Shown piece after piece: positions 58,656 through 64,000 of a DNA stretch of 64,000 nucleotides. Position 1 is the first letter of the stretch; every line of letters starts with the position of its first letter. The stretch is from an archaeon GW2011_AR20 (GTDB lineage Archaea > Nanobdellota > Nanobdellia > SCGC-AAA011-G17 > GW2011-AR20), in NCBI GenBank assembly GCA_000830315.1, contig CP010426.1:588663-652662 (forward strand), read 5' to 3'. A program made the position numbers and the translations under genes. A model generated the notes under the pieces. That model was not told where the DNA came from. It made no database searches and was given only the letters and a program-made list of their open reading frames with translations.

Positions 58656-59501
58656 ATGAAACATACTTTATTCATAACAATTACATTGGCATTATTATTT
58701 TTGGCGTCTCACGCAATGGGCCTGGTTATAATCGATGAATATCTGCCAAAAACATTATCAACAGGAGAAATTGTTGAAAGAGAACTGCCTTTGAACATTG
58801 AAAGACCCGAGGTAAGGGAAGAAACTTCATTTATTCCAATATTTTTTATAATATTATTTGCAACAATAATCGCACTGCTGTTTATCAAATTCCAGTTATT
58901 CAAATTATGGAAACTCTGGTTTTTTATTTCAATAGCATTAACATTAATAATTGCGTTCTCTGCATTCATTAATCAGGTTTATGCAATCATTTTGGGAATT
59001 GTTCTGGCTTTAATGAAATTATTTAAGCCAAGCACAATAATGAACAATTTAATCGAGATATTCATTTACGGCGGATTAGCTGCCATATTTGTTCCAATAT
59101 TTAATCTGCTCTCAATAAGCATTTTGTTGATATTAATTTCAATATATGATGCCTATTCTGTCCTGAAAAGCAAGCACATGATCAAACTGGCTAAATTTCA
59201 GACAAAAGCAAAAGTATTTACTGGCTTGAGCATTCCATACCAATTTAAGAAAGAGAAAAGAAAGATTGAATTTACAACAGCCATTCTTGGAGGGGGCGAT
59301 ATTGGATTCACATTGTTTTTTTCAGGCGTAATCTTAAAAGAATTTAATTTGCTTGCTGCGTTAATAGTTTCATTCGTTACAATGCTTTCATTGCTTGTTT
59401 TATTGTTTTACGGAAAAAAAGGAAAATTCTATCCTGCAATGCCCATATTGACAATGGGATGTTTCTTAGGCTATTTGACAGTTAAATTTATATTATTTTA
59501 A
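58656..59501 (+). CDS. Presenilin-family intramembrane aspartyl protease
   Basis: IYDAYSV (YD), LGGGD (GxGD), YPAMP (PAL-like); multiple TMs. Confidence 0.92.
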   Translation: MKHTLFITITLALLFLASHAMGLVIIDEYLPKTLSTGEIVERELPLNIERPEVREETSFIPIFFIILFATIIALLFIKFQLFKLWKLWFFISIALTLIIAFSAFINQVYAIILGIVLALMKLFKPSTIMNNLIEIFIYGGLAAIFVPIFNLLSISILLILISIYDAYSVLKSKHMIKLAKFQTKAKVFTGLSIPYQFKKEKRKIEFTTAILGGGDIGFTLFFSGVILKEFNLLAALIVSFVTMLSLLVLLFYGKKGKFYPAMPILTMGCFLGYLTVKFILF

Positions 59502-59551
59502 AGTAGTAACAAAATTGAAAGATTTATAAACTAGTTAATTTAATGAATAAT

Positions 59552-59857
59552 ATGGTAAAAGACTTAAGATATGCTAAAGAAAGGAGAATTAAGGATATGA
59601 ATAGTAGAATAGAGTCTACTCAAGTAATTAATCCACTAACTGGTCAACCATATTTAGATGATAAATACCCTAAAGTAAGAAGACTTGAAGATCCTATTCA
59701 AACCCACCTTAGGATGATGTAAGAAAGAAATTCATCTGAAGAAAATCATAAACAAGGATTTTTAAAAAATCTTGCAGATGCGCTGCATTTTATTGATAGG
59801 GCTTTAGAATATAGAATAAAATTTCATATTTTTAAAATAAGCCCAACAAAAAAATAA
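59552..59857 (+). pseudogene. ~100-codon ORF interrupted by one in-frame TAA (59720-59722)
   Basis: 56 codons, TAA, then 44 further in-frame sense codons; BRE/TATA upstream. Confidence 0.5.
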
Positions 59858-59960
59858 GTGAGTTAGAAAGCAAGATTGAAAAAAACCCATATAACAATAT
59901 GATAGAGAATGATTATATTAAAAATAACCTATATAAAATATTAAATTAAAAATTAAATAA

Positions 59961-62900
59961 TTATCTTATTCTAATAGCTTCCAAATTCTTCGGGGCATTT
60001 GTCTCTATCCTGAACATCTTATGCAAATTACTTGCTAAATCAAGGCAATTAGAATTATCCCCATGCAATAAAATTATTCTTTTCGGTTTTGGATTTAAAT
60101 GCCTGACAAATGATATCAATCTTTCTCTCGTGCTATGTCCTGTAAATCCCCTGATGGCTGCAATCTCCATCTTCAGAGAAATCTGTTTTCCGTCCAAGTT
60201 GAATTCTTTTTCGCCTTCCATTACTCTTCTTCCTAAACTTCCCCTGCCCAGGTAACTTGAAAATATCAATGAGTTTTTTGGATTATCTGATAATTCCTTG
60301 AAATATTCTACTGATGCTCCTCCAACCAGCATTCCGGAAGTCGCTAGAATAATGCAGGGACCAGATTGAATAACTTCCTGCATCTCCTGCCTTGATCCGA
60401 CCCTTTTAAAAACTTCATTCAAGAACGGATTTTGGTCTTTATGAAAAACCATCTTTCTTATGTTTGAATTAAAGAAATCAGGATATGCTGTATGTATTGC
60501 TGTAATATCCCAAACTGTTCCCTGCACGTAAACCGGAATTTTATCAAGCATTCCATTCCTGATCATTTTATCAATTATGACCATTATTTCCTGAGCTCTT
60601 CCTGTTCCCAAGACAGGCATCAAAACCTTTCCCCCTCTTTCAATTGTTTTTTTGATTGTATCAACTAAAATATCTTCTGCCTCTCTTCTGCTGGGGTAAT
60701 TTTCATTGCTTCCGCCGTAAGTTGCTTCCATTATCATTGTCTCTAATCTTGAGAATCTTGTCATAGCCGCGCTTAATAAATTACTTGTCTCATAATTCAT
60801 GTCCCCTGTATAAAGAATATTATGCAGCCCGTTTCCAATATTCAAATGAACCATTGCGCTTCCCAATGTATGTCCTGCATCATAAAATGTAATTCTAATG
60901 TCGGGGGTAATGTCAGTAACCTCATCATATTCTAATGTTATGGAATGCTTGACCATCTCTTTTATATCTGCACTTCCAAAAATTACCTTGCGGTTTTCTT
61001 TCTGGCTTACACTTATGTAATCAAGTGCCATTAAAGCTGCTATATCAAGTCCAGGCTCTGTATAATACACCGGTCCTTTAAAACCCATTTTATACAAGTA
61101 AGGGACAAATGCAGAGTTATGAACAACAACCCCATTAGCTACGAAATTTTGATTAGGTTCTACTTCTATATCAACCAAATAAGGATAAGGATTTTCTTTT
61201 TTCTCTATTTTTGTAATCTTTTGCCATATAACAGGCATTTCAACTAATTTTTTTAATTTATTAATATTATCTTGAGTTTTTAAGATTTTTATTTCTATCA
61301 GTTCATTTAATTTCTTATTCATCATTTCATAATATTTATCTTTTATATCAAAAACTTCCCTATTTTGAACGATTCCATAAGTAGTTTCAATCATTTGAGC
61401 AATATCTTTTCTAGGTAAAGAAATAGATTTTCTTTTTTTAGATATAGAAGAATTATTTTTCTCTTTTAAGTAAGTTAATCTTTCTTCAAGAAGTTCAATT
61501 AATTTATTAATGGTATTTTTATCTGCATAACTATTTCCTTTTCTTCTATACCGATCTAATAAAGCCGCTGGAAAATCGCTTATTTTAAATTCTTTATGGA
61601 CTTTTCCTAAAAATCCCGCATCCATTAAAATTTCTTTTAATTTAATTGAGGAAATAGGAATTATTTCTTTTAAATTCGTATCTCTCAATTTATTAACCAA
61701 GTTTTCTAATTTTAATTTTTTATCAATATGATTAAATCCAATTAAATTATAATACCTTTTAATAGAGTATGAAGAAGCTATATTAACAACCTTGTTTTTA
61801 TAATTTATATTGGATAATATCCCTAGTGTTGATAACATATGTTGTAGTGTTTCTAAAATTTTTTCTTGAGACGATGAAATTGATATGCAATTGTTTACAG
61901 AGCCTTCTGCATCGGCAATTCCTCTTAAAAATGCCCTTATAATATTATTTGAGCTAAAGATAATCTTTTCTGAGATATCTCTTTTTTTATTTTTTCCTAA
62001 AATTCCCTTAAAATTATCTTCAAAAAACTTCACAATGCCCGCATTATTTATTTCAATTATATGAGCATTTTTAGATTTATCCGGATGGTGTTTTAAAATA
62101 GGATCATAATTGAATATATTTTTTATTATATTTTTATATTCTTTTAAACAATCTGTTGACTGGTCAGTTATCCTAAATGTTCTTTCGCTTGCTAGTCCGC
62201 CGTCTCCAGTCATATATCCGGCCACTTGAGCCAATTCTTCATTAATATATTTAGGATAAACTGTCTTATTTATATTATACTTAGCCGCAAAATCATTAAA
62301 ATCAATTCCATAGAATCCTAAAATCTCTTTTAAAGTATTAATGTAAATATGCTTGTTCTTATTTTCCAGGTCAGAAATCAAATTTGTATGTTTTTTCAAA
62401 TGACTTACAATATAATCTTGAGTCCAATTCCTCTCTTTTCTTATAATTTTTAGTTTTTCAACTGCTTCTTGAGGTAATTCCAATCTTTCAAAATATTCCG
62501 GTTCTTTAAGTTCAATTCTTTTAAACTCATTTTCCTGTCCCATGTAACAAGGAATAACCATTCCTTCTCTTAAATTTTCAGCAGTGACTTCTTTAATTTC
62601 TAAATCTTTATCAATAACAAAAAATTTATGGTTTCTAGAAGATCCAATTGTATAATAAGATGTTTTAATTTTATAAATTTCTTTATGCTTTGTATTTTTC
62701 TTATAATTACATTTACCAATAACTCTCTTTCCAGTCTTCCAATCAATTCCAATTAATTTATCCCCTACTTTTATATCATCTATGGGCTTTATAGTTCCAT
62801 TTTCCAAATAAACGGGTGTATTTGGTGGTAAACAATGGTCAGCGTGCGCATGCGTAACAATAATAGCATCTAATTTGTTAATGTCAAATTCAGGGGCGTC

Positions 62901-63566
62901 CAGCATTGGATAAGAATCCTCTGGGTTATCTGCAGCAACATCTACTCCGCAGTCAAGCAATATTCTTGATTCAGGCGTCTGCAATAACAGGCATGATCTT
63001 CCTACCTGCCTTCCTGCCCCAAGAAAACTGATTCTGATCCATTCGTCTTTTTTCTCGTTTGTCCATCCGCCGTAAATTCTTTCACCGACCTTATTCAGGA
63101 ATTTTTTTCTGTAATCATTATGCTCGTATAAAACATCCCTTATTTTGTCTGTGATCTGGGATTTAATCGGGGGAGTTCTCCTGACTAAAGGAATCCAGAA
63201 TGTTTTTCTCTTTATTTCTTTTAATATATCCCCTGATTTTCCAATAGCTAACCCGGGCTTGCTGGCTTCTATTATAACCTTGCTTCTTGAAATATCAAAT
63301 ATGACGTTCGCCAAGCCAGCTTCTTCAGGAATTAATTTTTTAATCTCATTTTCTGCTTTTTCCTCTTCCATTAATAAGCTTTCATGAGGCCTTAACTCAA
63401 TTCTTTTTTTAACAGCTTCTACAATTGTTTTAATAACCTCGGAATTGTCCAAGAAAAATTCCTTGCTCTTGGTATAAAGAATAATATTTGCTCCTTCAAA
63501 TCCAGATTCAACTATGTTTGCGTTCTCTGGTACATACTTTAATACTTCTTTCAAAATTTCATTCAT
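59961..63566 (-). CDS. fttA: aCPSF1/FttA beta-CASP ribonuclease (KH domains) containing an intein
   Basis: KH region KPGLAIGK, LGAGRQVGRSC, THAHADH, AGHTLGSA, YTGD, MEATYG, GFTGH, LLHGD; next to proteasome beta. Confidence 0.95.
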   Translation of the reverse strand: MNEILKEVLKYVPENANIVESGFEGANIILYTKSKEFFLDNSEVIKTIVEAVKKRIELRPHESLLMEEEKAENEIKKLIPEEAGLANVIFDISRSKVIIEASKPGLAIGKSGDILKEIKRKTFWIPLVRRTPPIKSQITDKIRDVLYEHNDYRKKFLNKVGERIYGGWTNEKKDEWIRISFLGAGRQVGRSCLLLQTPESRILLDCGVDVAADNPEDSYPMLDAPEFDINKLDAIIVTHAHADHCLPPNTPVYLENGTIKPIDDIKVGDKLIGIDWKTGKRVIGKCNYKKNTKHKEIYKIKTSYYTIGSSRNHKFFVIDKDLEIKEVTAENLREGMVIPCYMGQENEFKRIELKEPEYFERLELPQEAVEKLKIIRKERNWTQDYIVSHLKKHTNLISDLENKNKHIYINTLKEILGFYGIDFNDFAAKYNINKTVYPKYINEELAQVAGYMTGDGGLASERTFRITDQSTDCLKEYKNIIKNIFNYDPILKHHPDKSKNAHIIEINNAGIVKFFEDNFKGILGKNKKRDISEKIIFSSNNIIRAFLRGIADAEGSVNNCISISSSQEKILETLQHMLSTLGILSNINYKNKVVNIASSYSIKRYYNLIGFNHIDKKLKLENLVNKLRDTNLKEIIPISSIKLKEILMDAGFLGKVHKEFKISDFPAALLDRYRRKGNSYADKNTINKLIELLEERLTYLKEKNNSSISKKRKSISLPRKDIAQMIETTYGIVQNREVFDIKDKYYEMMNKKLNELIEIKILKTQDNINKLKKLVEMPVIWQKITKIEKKENPYPYLVDIEVEPNQNFVANGVVVHNSAFVPYLYKMGFKGPVYYTEPGLDIAALMALDYISVSQKENRKVIFGSADIKEMVKHSITLEYDEVTDITPDIRITFYDAGHTLGSAMVHLNIGNGLHNILYTGDMNYETSNLLSAAMTRFSRLETMIMEATYGGSNENYPSRREAEDILVDTIKKTIERGGKVLMPVLGTGRAQEIMVIIDKMIRNGMLDKIPVYVQGTVWDITAIHTAYPDFFNSNIRKMVFHKDQNPFLNEVFKRVGSRQEMQEVIQSGPCIILATSGMLVGGASVEYFKELSDNPKNSLIFSSYLGRGSLGRRVMEGEKEFNLDGKQISLKMEIAAIRGFTGHSTRERLISFVRHLNPKPKRIILLHGDNSNCLDLASNLHKMFRIETNAPKNLEAIRIR
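61116..62834 (-). mobile_element. Intein (573 aa) with LAGLIDADG endonuclease and HTH inserts, in aCPSF1
   Basis: Begins CLPPNT after HAHADH, ends VVHN before S; SRNHKF block B; AGYMTGDG and LRGIADAEG. Confidence 0.93.
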
Positions 63567-63587
63567 TTTATCTTAAAGAAAAAATAA

Positions 63588-64000
63588 CTATAATGTAAAT
63601 TTAATTTCCTTTTCCAATACTTTCTTAGCCCCGTCTTTTGTTATTGTCACGACATCATAACCTGAACCAGATGCAACGTCCCTTTGTAATGCTGAGTTTA
63701 ACGCCTTTAATGCTAATTTAACCCCATCATCCACATTAATATCCTTGTTATAACCAGACTCGAGAACTCCCATCGCAAATTCAGAGCCGGATCCTTCGCA
63801 GTAATATTCATCCTGCAATGATACGCTTCCATCCACGCCAATGTCATATAAATGATATCCTTTGTCATCTCTTCCAGCAAGCATGAATCCAACTATTCCT
63901 GGAATAGTACTAAACTTTCTGATATTTCCATAAACTAATGAGCCTACTAGATTAGCAACTTCTTTTGTGCTGGGCTTTTTACCCCTTCTTATTGTATCCA
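63588..64000 (-). CDS. psmB: Proteasome beta subunit, C-terminal part (truncated by window edge)
   Basis: Frame open to the edge; GSGSEFAMGVLE, ALQRDVASG. Confidence 0.92.
   Translation of the reverse strand, partial: DTIRRGKKPSTKEVANLVGSLVYGNIRKFSTIPGIVGFMLAGRDDKGYHLYDIGVDGSVSLQDEYYCEGSGSEFAMGVLESGYNKDINVDDGVKLALKALNSALQRDVASGSGYDVVTITKDGAKKVLEKEIKFTL

Noticed and set aside
59720-59722. Stop-codon reassignment
   Set aside because: TAA, TAG and TGA all terminate conserved genes normally elsewhere in the window
250-63387. Many 60-190-aa antisense ORFs in the ORF track (e.g. 5728..6234, 7132..7692, 34224..34655, 52414..52650)
   Set aside because: They lie opposite well-supported genes, lack motifs, and are expected shadows of coding sequence
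1-64000. CRISPR array or cas genes
   Set aside because: No regularly spaced 25-40-bp repeats and no Cas motifs seen; the 11-bp pheS repeats are too short and irregular
1-64000. Reverse transcriptase or template repeat of a DGR inside the window
   Set aside because: No ORF with YxDD/RT motifs and no AAC-rich non-coding copy of the GC-rich segments found by eye

Overview
AT-rich archaeal chromosomal window. Gene content (rpl35ae, rpl10e, aCPSF1, proteasome beta, PAC2, presenilin, Mre11/Rad50), TATA/BRE promoters and an unlinked 5S rRNA suggest a DPANN lineage such as Woesearchaeota/Pacearchaeota (inference). It holds about 65 CDSs, a 5S rRNA, five tRNAs (four with 37/38 introns), two LAGLIDADG inteins (in MoxR and aCPSF1), three toxin-antitoxin pairs and an IS remnant. 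Main points: (1) three dispersed genes carry ~100-bp, ~60% GC, adenine-poor segments that look like diversity-generating retroelement (DGR) variable regions, with no RT or template repeat visible in the window; (2) a palindrome YACTTTAAAGTR sits at near-fixed spacing upstream of BRE/TATA in those genes' promoters and in two promoters of an uncharacterised HTH + methyltransferase-like + GHKL(MORC-like) ATPase cluster; (3) unusual anticodons, tRNA-Pro(AGG) and tRNA-Ile(UAU); (4) PheS has an extra N-terminal domain and a triple direct repeat around its promoter. All family calls come from motif recognition by eye; no database searches were run.
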